Source: a virus. Taken from it: a DNA stretch of 64,000 nucleotides. A model generated the notes under the pieces. The model saw only the letters and a program-made list of their open reading frames with translations, ran no database searches and was not told the origin of the DNA. The position numbers and the translations under genes are program-made. The stretch lies in IMG/VR virus record IMGVR_UViG_3300019360_000001. The stretch is one strand, 5' to 3'. This document shows, piece after piece, positions 27,614-38,579 of the stretch. Position 1 is the first letter of the stretch. Each line of letters begins with the position of its first letter.

Positions 27614-28232
27614 TGTTTTGCCATCTGGATTTACATATAACGACGTAGAAGACATAATAGAAAGGATATCCGACAAAAAGGCAAGAAAATATGGAAATGT
27701 AGGGTTTTATGATTTAGATGATTTAAAACAAGAGGCTAGAATTAAGTGTTGGTCCATTCTTGGTAGATATAATGTAAATCATGGCACTGAATTAGAAGCT
27801 TATTTAGGAATTTGTATAGAAAATAGAATAAGAGATATTAAGCGAAGTATAGTTTATAAACACAACAAGCCATGCTTTCAATGTCCGTTTTGGCAACAAG
27901 ATGCCGCATCTTCCGGGGCACATGATTGTTTAGTATTTGACAATAAAATGGAGTGCGAAAAATACGCAAGACACGAAAAATATGTGCAAATAAAACTTAG
28001 TTCTAGTCATCCAATAGATATAGATAACGAAAGAATAGAAGATGGTAAGTATGCGAATACTATTAATGGAGAAGAACTTTATGATTATGTAATTAAGCAT
28101 TTGCCTTCTGGTCACAGGCATTGTTTTGATAAGTTAGCAAACAATAATTTTAATTTAAAGTCTCTTAAAAAGAATGAGGTAAAAGCAATTGTTTCAGAAC
28201 TTAAAAAAATAATGAGTAATTTTGGTGAATAA
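27603..28232 (+). CDS. phage sigma70-family factor (region 2, Cys-rich insert)
   Basis: DLDDLKQEARI...RYN...LEAYL..CIENRIRD. Confidence 0.7.
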   Translation: MNSNVLPSGFTYNDVEDIIERISDKKARKYGNVGFYDLDDLKQEARIKCWSILGRYNVNHGTELEAYLGICIENRIRDIKRSIVYKHNKPCFQCPFWQQDAASSGAHDCLVFDNKMECEKYARHEKYVQIKLSSSHPIDIDNERIEDGKYANTINGEELYDYVIKHLPSGHRHCFDKLANNNFNLKSLKKNEVKAIVSELKKIMSNFGE

Positions 28233-29135
28233 ATGTTTAAAAAAGGAATGTCTAAAAACATTGGTATGGATTTAAATGTTGCGCCATCTGGTACAAAGCA
28301 ATCTTGGACAATGATAAGAGATACATTTAAACGAGGAAGATCTACTAAAGAAGAAGATGCCTTTATAACTGCCAATATTAATGCAATGACTAATCGTCAA
28401 ATGGCAGATTCGTTAAAAAGGAAAACACATTTCGTAGCAAACAGAATAAAAGTTCTTGAATTAAGAAGAGAAAGTACAATAAGCGAAAAACTTAGCAAGC
28501 CTTCATCTTTCTTGCATACAATGAACGACAAAGAAAAAGCTAAGTATTTTAGAACAGAAGTAACTTTATCTGCTACTTTTAGGGCACTAAAAAAATCTTT
28601 TACCGATGCAGAACAGCAATACTATATAGATAAATATGCTAACTTTATGTTAGATCCATCCATTGAAACGATGACGGCAATGGAAAAAGATGCACTGCAC
28701 GAACTTATTGTTAACCAAGTTAGAATAAACAGATGGATGCAAGAAGAAAAAGAAGACAAGGAATTGGTTGTTAAGCAAAAATTGAATAGGCAATCTATTT
28801 CTAGGTCTAGGGAAATTAAAGAGGCTCAAGAGCTAATAGCAAAATATCAAAAAAGTCTAAATGTTGAACGAGAACAAAGACTGAAAAATCAAAGTGATCA
28901 ATCTGTTACTTTTAATAATATAATAAGAGACTTGAAATCGCAGAAATCAAGAATTCAAGCAGGACAAGAAGCGGCTATGTTAAAGTATATAGCAGAAAGA
29001 TCTTATAATCATGCATTAGGAACTAATATAATTTCCGGGAAAGATAAAACTTTTGATATTGGCAAACTTTTCCATGATGGCAAAGCTCCTGATCTTAGCG
29101 CCGACTTCATACCAAAAGGATCTGGAGTTTCTTAA
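28233..29135 (+). CDS. helical DNA-binding protein, candidate terminase small subunit
   Basis: HTH-like N-terminus, coiled coil, position upstream of TerL (inference). Confidence 0.45.
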   Translation: MFKKGMSKNIGMDLNVAPSGTKQSWTMIRDTFKRGRSTKEEDAFITANINAMTNRQMADSLKRKTHFVANRIKVLELRRESTISEKLSKPSSFLHTMNDKEKAKYFRTEVTLSATFRALKKSFTDAEQQYYIDKYANFMLDPSIETMTAMEKDALHELIVNQVRINRWMQEEKEDKELVVKQKLNRQSISRSREIKEAQELIAKYQKSLNVEREQRLKNQSDQSVTFNNIIRDLKSQKSRIQAGQEAAMLKYIAERSYNHALGTNIISGKDKTFDIGKLFHDGKAPDLSADFIPKGSGVS

Positions 29136-29136
29136 A

Positions 29137-29790
29137 ATGATAAAAAAATGTAGTAATCTTAATTGCGAAAAAGAATTTTCTACTGAAAAGAAAAACAATA
29201 TATATTGCTCTAAAGAATGCTCAAAGGAATGGCAATGGAAAGATGGAAGAAGAATAGACAAGAAACATGGAGTTATTCATTTTTTAAAAGAAAATGGCGA
29301 TATAATGCAATATCCCATGCCAACCATAATTATTGATTCCAGAGAGCAAAATCCTTATTCGTTTAGATCTGTTGGGGAACTTGCAGGTGTTGCTGTTTCT
29401 GGACTAAAATTTGGAGATTATTCTATTAAAGATCATACAGATTTAATTTTTATTGAGAGGAAAAATAGCGCCTTGGAATTTTATGGTAATCTTGGCAAAG
29501 AAAGAGAAAGATTTTCCAATGAGCTAGAAAAAGCAAAGCATTGTAAATTTAAATTTATAATTATAGAAGACAAATTTAGCTCTTTGTATAGCTCTTCATA
29601 TTTGGCAAATAAATTTAGTGGTAATAAATACAAACACTCTAGCCCACGTTCAATTTTGGGATCGTTATCTTCATTTATGTTAAGTTTTAATATTAATATA
29701 ATTTTTTCTGACAATAGAGAAAATGCTCAAGACTTAGTTAGAAAACTTTTGCTAATGGCTTACAGGAAAAAAATGGAAGGTAATATATGA
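29137..29790 (+). CDS. ERCC4/XPF-domain nuclease with N-terminal Zn finger
   Basis: IIIDSREQ, LKFGDY, IFIERK, IIIE. Confidence 0.88.
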   Translation: MIKKCSNLNCEKEFSTEKKNNIYCSKECSKEWQWKDGRRIDKKHGVIHFLKENGDIMQYPMPTIIIDSREQNPYSFRSVGELAGVAVSGLKFGDYSIKDHTDLIFIERKNSALEFYGNLGKERERFSNELEKAKHCKFKFIIIEDKFSSLYSSSYLANKFSGNKYKHSSPRSILGSLSSFMLSFNINIIFSDNRENAQDLVRKLLLMAYRKKMEGNI

Positions 29791-32700
29791 AAATATCTTC
29801 CATAATAAGTCCTCAATATGACCACTATTTTAATTTGCCTGAAGTTTCTACTTTATACAATCCCCTATTAGATGTTCCACTTTATTTGCAAGAAGAAGGC
29901 GAACTTGTAGAATTTTACAAATTATCTAATGAATATTTTTCGCCAGAATTTGGTATTAAATATTTACTAGGGCTAGAATTATTTCCTTTTCAAATGGCCA
30001 TTGTAAGAGCTATCTTGGCTCATAAATTTCCAATGTTATTGTTAAGTCGTGGTGCTGGCAAGAGTTTTTTGTTGGCCATTTATGCTATTTATCATTCTAT
30101 TATGTTTCCTGGGTCAAAAATAATATTGGTGTCGGCTAGTTTTCGTCAGGCCAAAATTATATTTTCTGAAATACATAGAATATATGACAAGTCGCCATTA
30201 CTTCAGGCTCTTTCAAAAGATCAGCCTAGAGTAAGTACTGATCATTGTCATTATGAAATAGGAACATCTTCTATCAAGGCCTTGCCTCTTGGTCAAGGTG
30301 GGAAAATTAGAGGAGAAAGATCTAACGTTACATTAGTAGATGAGTTTAATGATATTCCAATAGAAATCTTTAACGTTGTTATTCGTGGATTTAGTGCCAC
30401 AGAATCTGATCCATGGAATAAATCTCGACAAATGCTTTTAGAACAAAAAAATAATACTAAAAAAATTGCAAGCGAACAAGATATGATGATTTCTGAAGGA
30501 AACAAAATTATATTATCCGGTACAGCTGGTTTTAAAGGTGGCACATATTATAAAATGTTTAGTCAGTATAATAAAATTTTAGCAAACAAAGTAGATGGTA
30601 GCGTTAACAATTACAAAGATATATTTAAGGAAGATGATTTTGAAGAGGAATACAAAATAGACTATAGAGATTTTTGTGTCGTTAAATATGCATATGATGA
30701 ACTTCCCGGTAGATTAATGGACAGAAAAACCATTGAGCACGCAAGAATAACAATGCCCAAATTTTTGTTTGATATGGAATACATGTGTTTTAAGGATGAT
30801 ACTTTAATAATAACAAATAATGGGGCTAAGAAAATTTGCAATATCAATATAGGGGATCTTGTATTAACTCACAAAGGAAGATTTAGAAAAGTAATGGAAG
30901 TATTAAAACACAATTATAAAGGAACAATGATAAATTATAAAACTTGGGGATATAATCAGAGTTGTCTAGTAACAAATAATCACCCATATTGGACTGGAGA
31001 TAATAATTGGGCTAATATTAGCGGTATAAAAGATTATATTAAACTTTCTAATTTAAAAGAATTGAACAATAAAAAATTTATTGATTTAAGAGATTATGTT
31101 AGTGATTTTATAGAGCGTGATAATAAAATTTTCCCTAAAGCTTCGCAAACGATATTAAACAATAACCAAGTTGAAGAAATATTAAGCAGTAATGAAAATA
31201 AAAAAATATTGGCTAATAGATATAACGTTTGTTTAGGAACTATTTATCAAATCAAAAATAAAAAAAATTATATTCCCAAAACTGCTATTCCTTATAACCT
31301 GAAGTTAGATTTTAATCTTGGATTAATTGTTGGATACTATGCAGCGGAGGGTTCTGTTGGTTCACACGGGAAAACAACAGTTTTTTCATTAGATGGTCAC
31401 GTTAATTTTTCTTTAGAGCTATATGTAAATCAGTTAAGTTCGGCTATTAGCAATGTGCTTGGAATTGAGCCCAAAAGGTATAAACGAGAAAATCTTATTA
31501 ATATTACTATAAACCAAAGACTATTTGCAGAGTTTATAAAAAAGATATGTCCGGGTCTCTCTACTAATAAAATGATAGATCCCGATATATTGTTTAGCAA
31601 CGAAGAATTTATGAAGGGCGTAATTACAGGATATTGGAATGGAGATGGTCATACATCTTTATATTCTAGTGTAACTAAAGCGTCTTCAGCAAGTATAAAT
31701 TTGGCTTGCCAAATAAAACTTTTATTATCTTATTTTGGAATAGCATCTGGCTTAAATTTTGTACAAACGAAGCAAGATATGCTAGTTCTTGGCAAAAAAT
31801 GTGCAATTCACGATCAATATAGCATTGATATGCAAGGAGAAAATGCCTCAAAATTTAGAAAAGTATTTTACGGACAAGAAATAAAATATATAAATACAAA
31901 AAAGTGTTATTATAATGACAAAGATTCTTCATTATTTTTATTGAAAGATAAAGAAGAGTTATTATATGATGGCATGGTTTACAACTTAGAGGTAGAAGAA
32001 GATCATAGCTATTCACTGTTTAATGCAACGGTACATAATTGTAAATTTGCGGACGATACAAATGGCTTTTTTAAAATGAAGGATATAGAATTTGCTACGG
32101 CTCCATTTAATGGATTTAATGTTATTATAAAAGGTAATGAAGGCAAAAAATATATAATAGGAGTAGATCCAGCAAGGACTATTGATAGATTTGCTATTTG
32201 TGTTATTGAGATGGGAACGCCTAATAAAGTTGTTTATGCTTGGACTTGTCAAAATAAACCATATTCTTTTGCGGCAGAAAAAATAAGAAAATTAACTAGG
32301 GCATTTGACACAAAAGGGATTGCAATAGACCAAGGGGGAGGTGGATTGGCTATTGAAGAGTTGCTAAATAAGAGCGATGTAATGCATGGTGGAGATAAAA
32401 AACTATATAGGTTTGACGATGAAACCTTTGAATCAAATAACGGATTGAAGATACTTCATATGTTTAATTTTAATTCTAATTGGATTGATGATGCCAACGT
32501 ATTATTGCAAAAAAACTTAGAAGACCGTGTTATCATGTTTCCGTATCCTCAAATTAGGGATTTTTCAGATGAAGAGGATGATGCACAATATGAAATAAGC
32601 CAAATGAAGCAGGAATTGGTGTCTATTGAAGTTACCCATACAAGAACCGGGAAAAAACATTATGATTTGGCTCCGCCTAATATAAGCAAAGACTCTTCTG

Positions 32701-32852
32701 GAACCATTAAACATAAAGACAGATATTCCGCTCTGTTATTGGCGAATTATTTGGCATCTAGGTCCAATGTCATTACTAATGACAACAAACAAGAAATTAA
32801 GGAAATGTACAGAAAAAGCAGTATGCTCGGTAATTGGGTTGAAAATATATAA
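29787..32852 (+). CDS. terL: terminase large subunit (about 603 aa spliced) with intein
   Basis: LFPFQ, SRGAGKS, SFRQAK, IRGER..LVDE, SGT, IGVDPA, IAIDQGGGG, KDRYSA. Confidence 0.93.
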   Translation: MKISSIISPQYDHYFNLPEVSTLYNPLLDVPLYLQEEGELVEFYKLSNEYFSPEFGIKYLLGLELFPFQMAIVRAILAHKFPMLLLSRGAGKSFLLAIYAIYHSIMFPGSKIILVSASFRQAKIIFSEIHRIYDKSPLLQALSKDQPRVSTDHCHYEIGTSSIKALPLGQGGKIRGERSNVTLVDEFNDIPIEIFNVVIRGFSATESDPWNKSRQMLLEQKNNTKKIASEQDMMISEGNKIILSGTAGFKGGTYYKMFSQYNKILANKVDGSVNNYKDIFKEDDFEEEYKIDYRDFCVVKYAYDELPGRLMDRKTIEHARITMPKFLFDMEYMCFKDDTLIITNNGAKKICNINIGDLVLTHKGRFRKVMEVLKHNYKGTMINYKTWGYNQSCLVTNNHPYWTGDNNWANISGIKDYIKLSNLKELNNKKFIDLRDYVSDFIERDNKIFPKASQTILNNNQVEEILSSNENKKILANRYNVCLGTIYQIKNKKNYIPKTAIPYNLKLDFNLGLIVGYYAAEGSVGSHGKTTVFSLDGHVNFSLELYVNQLSSAISNVLGIEPKRYKRENLINITINQRLFAEFIKKICPGLSTNKMIDPDILFSNEEFMKGVITGYWNGDGHTSLYSSVTKASSASINLACQIKLLLSYFGIASGLNFVQTKQDMLVLGKKCAIHDQYSIDMQGENASKFRKVFYGQEIKYINTKKCYYNDKDSSLFLLKDKEELLYDGMVYNLEVEEDHSYSLFNATVHNCKFADDTNGFFKMKDIEFATAPFNGFNVIIKGNEGKKYIIGVDPARTIDRFAICVIEMGTPNKVVYAWTCQNKPYSFAAEKIRKLTRAFDTKGIAIDQGGGGLAIEELLNKSDVMHGGDKKLYRFDDETFESNNGLKILHMFNFNSNWIDDANVLLQKNLEDRVIMFPYPQIRDFSDEEDDAQYEISQMKQELVSIEVTHTRTGKKHYDLAPPNISKDSSGTIKHKDRYSALLLANYLASRSNVITNDNKQEIKEMYRKSSMLGNWVENI
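30786..32039 (+). mobile_element. TerL intein (418 aa, LAGLIDADG)
   Basis: MEYM|CFKDDT...VTNNH...GYYAAEG...GYWNGDG...TVHN|C. Confidence 0.93.
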
Positions 32853-32875
32853 GTCGTACTAATATTTGGTGAATT

Positions 32876-34882
32876 ATGCCAGAAAAAAGAAAATATATTT
32901 CTAAGTCAGCAAAACTACAAATAAAAGAAACGAATGAATTTTTAGCCAAGGCTAGTCACGAAGACTTAGCTGTTGCTAATAGATCTCCTTGGAACGTTAG
33001 TCCTGCAAACATCAAGTTTGATGGCGCAACAGAAATGACAGGCAATGCTAATCATACGGCAAATATAATCAAAACAAGAATAGCATCTTGTCGTGAAGCA
33101 TATGAAAATGCCGGGATTATAGGAAATGCAATAGACTTAATGGTTGACTTTGCACTGGAAGGGTTTGATATAGTACATGAAGATCCTGCGATACAGACAT
33201 TTTATCAGTCTTGGGCGACAAAAATTGATCTTGGCAGCATATGCATGCAAATACTAAAGTGTTATTTTAGAGACGGCAACGTGCCAATATATACATCAAG
33301 AGGTAGGATTAAAGCCAAAGAGATTAATACACTTAAAAAGGCTGTATCTGCTAAAACACTTTTCATTAATGATAAAAACCCAGCAAAAGTAATTCCTTAT
33401 AAATACCAAATACTAGATATAATGAATCTTGATAGATATGGCAGTGAAACATTAGGAGATGTTAGATATCAGTATAAAATTTCTCTTGATGATTATGCTC
33501 TTATTAGGTCGCCAAAAACAGAACAAGACCAGGCATCTGTTAAAAGCCTAGAAAATAATATTTCAGAAGAAGATTTTAACACCATGAAAGAAGGTGGATA
33601 CATAAACATAGCGGCCGATAGACTAATAATACTATACTACAAGAAAGATGACTATAGAGCTTGGGCCAACCCTATGTTTTGGCGTATTATATCAGACATT
33701 CAATATAAAAAGCTGATGCGTGACATGGATATTAGCATATGCGAAAGCGTAATTAACACATTAACCATTGTATCTCTCGGAGCAACTAAAGAAGGATTGC
33801 CACCAGATGAAAACGTTCTAAAAAGATTTGCCAGTCTTCTTAAAACACCATCTAAATCTCAAACTATAGTTTGGAATGATCTAATTGATATTAAGTCTTC
33901 TTATCCGCCCGTTGATACAATTTTAGGGAAAGAGAAGTATGAACAAGTTGATGCCGATATCAGGGCCGGACTTGGAATTGCAGAAGTTGTATTAAATGGA
34001 CAAGGAAATAACTATTCTAATTCATTTTTGTCTGTTAAAACTCTTTTGGAAAGATTAGAGGGTGGCAGACAAGTTTTATTAGAATGGCTAACCGAAGAAA
34101 CAAACAAGGTGGCAAAGGCGATGGGCTTTAAGAAGCCAGCTTGGTTTAAAATGCATCACATGTCATTAAGAGATGAGGATGCAGAAAAGAAACTATTATT
34201 AGAACTTGTTGACAGGAATATGCTTTCTTATCAGACTTGTGTTGATCGATTCGGGGAAAACTTTGAAATAGAAGTTGCTAGAATGCGACAAGAAGACAAT
34301 TTGCGCCGCAAAGAAGAAAGAAAATATCCATTTTTGATTACTAAAGTGGGTAAATTTGGTCCAATGATGAATCAAGGGCCTATGCCTACAATAGAAATAT
34401 TAGATTCTTCTACAACAGAAGATTTAAAAAACAAGCCTGTCTCTAAAAAACAATCACCATTTATACAAGAAGAAAAGGGGAAATTAGGCGGAAGACCTAT
34501 TTTAACGAAAAAGACGCAAAAGAAGAAAGAAACACCACGAACTAAGCCAAAAGGCCAAAAGGTTACATCTTATATCAAATTTGATAATGTATATAGTATT
34601 ATAGAAAGATCTTTTGTTCAAGGAAGAAAAGTGGGCAAATTTGAGGACTTAGACAATAAAGACAAGCAAAATATATATAATAGCGTTGCTATTGTTCTTG
34701 GATCTGACTATTGCCAAGATCATATGACTACACAAGACATAAAAAACGTATTAAATAATGACAAAAATAAAAATAAACTATTCAATTTGTTTAGTGTCTC
34801 TATTGAATCTTATAAAAAATCAAAAGGAGAATATCCAAGTTTCCAGCAACAGAGAAAAATTATAGAAAGCCTTATAGAATAA
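32876..34882 (+). CDS. portal protein
   Basis: Follows TerL; IGNAIDLMVDFA...GF.I, RDGNV pattern; size. Confidence 0.8.
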   Translation: MPEKRKYISKSAKLQIKETNEFLAKASHEDLAVANRSPWNVSPANIKFDGATEMTGNANHTANIIKTRIASCREAYENAGIIGNAIDLMVDFALEGFDIVHEDPAIQTFYQSWATKIDLGSICMQILKCYFRDGNVPIYTSRGRIKAKEINTLKKAVSAKTLFINDKNPAKVIPYKYQILDIMNLDRYGSETLGDVRYQYKISLDDYALIRSPKTEQDQASVKSLENNISEEDFNTMKEGGYINIAADRLIILYYKKDDYRAWANPMFWRIISDIQYKKLMRDMDISICESVINTLTIVSLGATKEGLPPDENVLKRFASLLKTPSKSQTIVWNDLIDIKSSYPPVDTILGKEKYEQVDADIRAGLGIAEVVLNGQGNNYSNSFLSVKTLLERLEGGRQVLLEWLTEETNKVAKAMGFKKPAWFKMHHMSLRDEDAEKKLLLELVDRNMLSYQTCVDRFGENFEIEVARMRQEDNLRRKEERKYPFLITKVGKFGPMMNQGPMPTIEILDSSTTEDLKNKPVSKKQSPFIQEEKGKLGGRPILTKKTQKKKETPRTKPKGQKVTSYIKFDNVYSIIERSFVQGRKVGKFEDLDNKDKQNIYNSVAIVLGSDYCQDHMTTQDIKNVLNNDKNKNKLFNLFSVSIESYKKSKGEYPSFQQQRKIIESLIE

Positions 34883-34891
34883 GGAGTTACG

Positions 34892-35236
34892 ATGGAACTT
34901 TACCAGTGGATGATAGACTCGGCTGGAAAATGGGGACTGGGTATAGTTTTATCTATTTTATTGTTTTTTCTGTTTCGTAAGGTTCTTAGTAGGGTTTTGG
35001 ATTCATTCACTGAAGAACGTAATATCTATATAGACTTACTTAAAGATAAAAATATGACAATAGATAATCACATTGATCATATGACTAAAAGTAATGATAG
35101 ACTTTATGAGATTCTATCAGAGCTTAGAACTAATGTGGTTGTTCAAAAAGAGTGTATGGACAAAGGATTTGTTAAAGTAGTGGATGCCATAAAAGATCAA
35201 ACTACTATTTTGTCAGATAGATTAAAGAATAATTAA
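34892..35236 (+). CDS. single-TM coiled-coil protein, possible holin
   Basis: N-terminal TM followed by coiled coil. Confidence 0.45.
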   Translation: MELYQWMIDSAGKWGLGIVLSILLFFLFRKVLSRVLDSFTEERNIYIDLLKDKNMTIDNHIDHMTKSNDRLYEILSELRTNVVVQKECMDKGFVKVVDAIKDQTTILSDRLKNN

Positions 35237-35247
35237 CTGGAGGAAAT

Positions 35248-36699
35248 ATGGATCGTAATGCTTATCCTGATTGTGCATTTGCTTATGTTGGAAAGATTAA
35301 TGGTTATGACTTTAAACTTTTTAGGCATCACACAGAAAAAGCCAAAAATGGCAATGATCATGATACAGTCAATCCTACGCTTCTAAGAGCTTGTATTAGA
35401 ACAGTTAATACTTTGCCAATAGATAATAGTACAAAAGTGGAAATAAAAGCCCATCTTTTAATGCATGCTGCTTCGATCTTTAAACTTGATACTTCAGATC
35501 CAGAAACTGCAATAAAAATACTATCTCAGCAAGATGGTGGCTCTCCAGAAGTTGCTAATAAAAACTTGACCAAAACAGAACATGAGGTCATCGAACCCCA
35601 AATGGTAGCAAACGATGATAAAAATAGCCCAAACAAGGCAGGCCAAGCCACTGCACAAGAAGATTCGGCAAAGGCCGGTAAAGTTCTTCCGGGAGCCGAA
35701 GAAGTAGTTCCAAGTCCAGAAAAAGCAGGATCAGATAAGCCATTGGCTGACTCAGAACCTTATAGCACAGGAAAAACTATTGATGTTGATAATGCCGAGA
35801 AATTAATTAACAACCCAAATACCGACAAGGTTGGCAAGGCTTCTGTTACCGAAGAAGAAGATAAAAAAAAAGTAAATGAAGCTGTAAAAAAGAATAAGAA
35901 ATCTAAAAAGAAAAGACTAAAAAGATCTACATATTCCGCCAATGATTTGGTTCTTAGCAAAAGTGGAATTATTGGTATAGTAAATGAAATTAAGGACGAA
36001 AAGCCAATAGTTACAGCAATTAAAAACGGTGAACCAATAACAGAAGAGTTTGAATTACTAGCCCAAACTGAAGCAGATCTAAAATCAACTAGTGGCGGGA
36101 TAATTTTCTTGGATAATGCTGAACAGCTGATAGAAAGCCCAAACCAAGATAAAGTTGGAAAAGCAAGTTTTAGTAAACTTGTTTTAGCGGAAAACCTAAC
36201 AGAAGTTGGTCGAAAATTGGTAATTAATAGATTTGCTGCTGCATTAAAAGGAAAAACTATAGCCAAAATTCAAAAAGTTACAAAAGTAGCGTCTGTTGAA
36301 ATGGTTGATATACTTATTGGCGACAAAGATTATCCAATGTATTGTATGGTAAATGTTACTCGTAATGGAGAAGGTAAAGTTACTAGTGTTAAAATACTTA
36401 ATGAATCTCTTCCAGGAGAGGCACTAGAAGATTTTGCTAAGTTTCTAAAAGATCTTTCTGCAGAAGCTTATGATCCATACGTAGAAAAAGTTGAAACTGC
36501 AAAAGCAGATATAATTCCAGATTTAGCTACTGCTCCTGCTAAATTAGAAAAATGCACCAAAGATGTTTTAGCTGACAAGGTAAAGAAATATAAAGAAAAA
36601 CACGGCGGAAAAGATCCTTCTGAAAAAGAAAGAAAGGCAATGGAGTCTAGTGCTTACGCTATTTGCACAGCCAGCTTGAAAAAGTCAGGGACAATGTAA
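35248..36699 (+). CDS. putative internal head / morphogenesis protein with internal repeat
   Basis: Between portal and protease; DNAE.LI..PN.DKVGKAS occurs twice. Confidence 0.5.
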   Translation: MDRNAYPDCAFAYVGKINGYDFKLFRHHTEKAKNGNDHDTVNPTLLRACIRTVNTLPIDNSTKVEIKAHLLMHAASIFKLDTSDPETAIKILSQQDGGSPEVANKNLTKTEHEVIEPQMVANDDKNSPNKAGQATAQEDSAKAGKVLPGAEEVVPSPEKAGSDKPLADSEPYSTGKTIDVDNAEKLINNPNTDKVGKASVTEEEDKKKVNEAVKKNKKSKKKRLKRSTYSANDLVLSKSGIIGIVNEIKDEKPIVTAIKNGEPITEEFELLAQTEADLKSTSGGIIFLDNAEQLIESPNQDKVGKASFSKLVLAENLTEVGRKLVINRFAAALKGKTIAKIQKVTKVASVEMVDILIGDKDYPMYCMVNVTRNGEGKVTSVKILNESLPGEALEDFAKFLKDLSAEAYDPYVEKVETAKADIIPDLATAPAKLEKCTKDVLADKVKKYKEKHGGKDPSEKERKAMESSAYAICTASLKKSGTM

Positions 36700-36700
36700 T

Positions 36701-38077
36701 ATGGAACAAATGAAAACATATTTTTTAGCGAAGGCTAGTGTTGTTGAAACTGGTGAAGATGTTGACATAGAATCCATAAAAACTTATGCCAAAGTGTCAG
36801 ATGATACCAAATTGGAAAAGCAAAAAGACTTAATGTATATTGTTTCTATTTTGCTTTCTATTGGCGCTAATAAAAATGACGATTTCTTTCTTGCTAATGA
36901 AATTTTGCCAGTTAGAAATACTGGTGCTCATAAACCTTTGAATATGGAACATTCTAATGATAAGATAGTTGGGCATATAGTTAGGACATATGCTACTCTA
37001 AAAGATGGGTCAATTGTTCCTAATAGCAAGAATCCTGATACTGATAATTTTGACATAACTTCTGAAGCTGTAATGTATAAGTTTATTTTTCCAGAATTAG
37101 CTGATGAAGTAAAACAATTAGCAAAAGCAGGAAAACTGTTCGTTTCTGTTGAAGCTTGGTTTTCTAATTTTGACTATCTTGTTGGTACGAAAATAGTTAA
37201 AAGAAATAAAGATACTGCGCCAATATTAGATCATCATCTTAAGGCTAATGGAGGAGATGGGGTATTTGAGAATAAAAAGGTTCGTAGAGTATTAAGAAAT
37301 ATTACTATAGGCGGGCAAGGAATTGTTAAAACACCTGCAAATCCCACAAGTCTAATAAAAAGCGTTGCGTCAATGACTCCAGAGTTCGTATTAGAAGATA
37401 TAAAGGATGAAATCATAAAGAATAACATTACAGAAGATATTTTGTATTTGGCTACCGCCAAGGAGAAAACTATGGACTTTCAAGACGAAGTAATCGAGGA
37501 ATTGGCTCAAGTTATTGCTGCACAAAAGGTTTTGGCTTTAAAGACAGAACCAGATAAAGTTGAGATTAATACCATTCCAGAAGTAAAGGCCTTAATTGAA
37601 AGGGTTTCTGCTCTAGAAAGTGGAAATAAAGACCTAAAAGAAAAGGTTAATGCATTTGAGGCCAAAGAGGAAATTGGGAACAGGAAAGCTCAACTTAAGA
37701 AAATGGGTCTATCTGATTCATTTATCGAAGCTAATGAACCAGCACTTTCTTGCGTTAAAGAGAATTTTGATGCATTTATTAAACTTCTTGGTGCTGCTAT
37801 TTCAGATTCTAAACCACAAAAGGCAATTAATACAGAATTAGAAGTAAAAGAAGTTAAAGAGGCAGAAGTGGTTAAAAGCGATGAAAGTACCGAAATTGAA
37901 GAAGATGGGCAAGATGAAGACGTAATAACTATCGAAGAACTTGAATTGGTTGATAAAGAAATTAAAATAGAAACAGATGGCAAGAGTGGTTCTTCGCCAC
38001 AAGATATAATTTCTAGAAAGCTAAGTCAATTGATGGGTTCTAAAAGCAATAAGTGGTTAAAGATTTTTAAGAAATAA
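36701..38077 (+). CDS. prohead protease-scaffold
   Basis: NKNDDFF, PLNMEH, IVGHI, VSVE, GQGIV..PAN; acidic coiled-coil C-terminus. Confidence 0.75.
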   Translation: MEQMKTYFLAKASVVETGEDVDIESIKTYAKVSDDTKLEKQKDLMYIVSILLSIGANKNDDFFLANEILPVRNTGAHKPLNMEHSNDKIVGHIVRTYATLKDGSIVPNSKNPDTDNFDITSEAVMYKFIFPELADEVKQLAKAGKLFVSVEAWFSNFDYLVGTKIVKRNKDTAPILDHHLKANGGDGVFENKKVRRVLRNITIGGQGIVKTPANPTSLIKSVASMTPEFVLEDIKDEIIKNNITEDILYLATAKEKTMDFQDEVIEELAQVIAAQKVLALKTEPDKVEINTIPEVKALIERVSALESGNKDLKEKVNAFEAKEEIGNRKAQLKKMGLSDSFIEANEPALSCVKENFDAFIKLLGAAISDSKPQKAINTELEVKEVKEAEVVKSDESTEIEEDGQDEDVITIEELELVDKEIKIETDGKSGSSPQDIISRKLSQLMGSKSNKWLKIFKK

Positions 38078-38089
38078 TAAGGAGGAAGA

Positions 38090-38539
38090 ATGGCGACTAA
38101 ACCACATCAAGTAGTTACAAGTGATGACATTAACTTTGTTTGCGATAACGTAGTTGCAGAGGGATATGTCGTTCAGTATACAACCGGCGGACATGTGAAA
38201 AAGAGTAATAACGTCGGCGATAAAGTTGCCGGTATTATTCTAGAAAATGTTGTTGCAGGTCTTCATCCAACCAACATTAGTTTTGGGGAAGAAACTGGTA
38301 CAGTTGACAATGCCAAGAACTTCTCAAAGAATCAGACGCACGTTTCAGGAGTTGTTCGTCTGATGCGAATTGGTCAGATTGTTACTAATGCAGTTTCTGG
38401 CTCCTTTTCGGTTGGTGATATTGTAAAGAATATGGCCGGTGGGCTTATGCGAGTTGGGGGTGGAGGCCAAACAGTTGGTCATGCTCTTTCAACAAAGAGT
38501 TCCGACGGTTACGTTAAGATTTTCGTTAATATAGCTTAA
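38090..38539 (+). CDS. capsid decoration / cement protein
   Basis: Gly/Val-rich, directly before MCP, AAGGAGG SD. Confidence 0.65.
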   Translation: MATKPHQVVTSDDINFVCDNVVAEGYVVQYTTGGHVKKSNNVGDKVAGIILENVVAGLHPTNISFGEETGTVDNAKNFSKNQTHVSGVVRLMRIGQIVTNAVSGSFSVGDIVKNMAGGLMRVGGGGQTVGHALSTKSSDGYVKIFVNIA

Positions 38540-38579
38540 TTTGGTTTATTGGAAATAAAAATTTTTTTGGAGGTGTATA

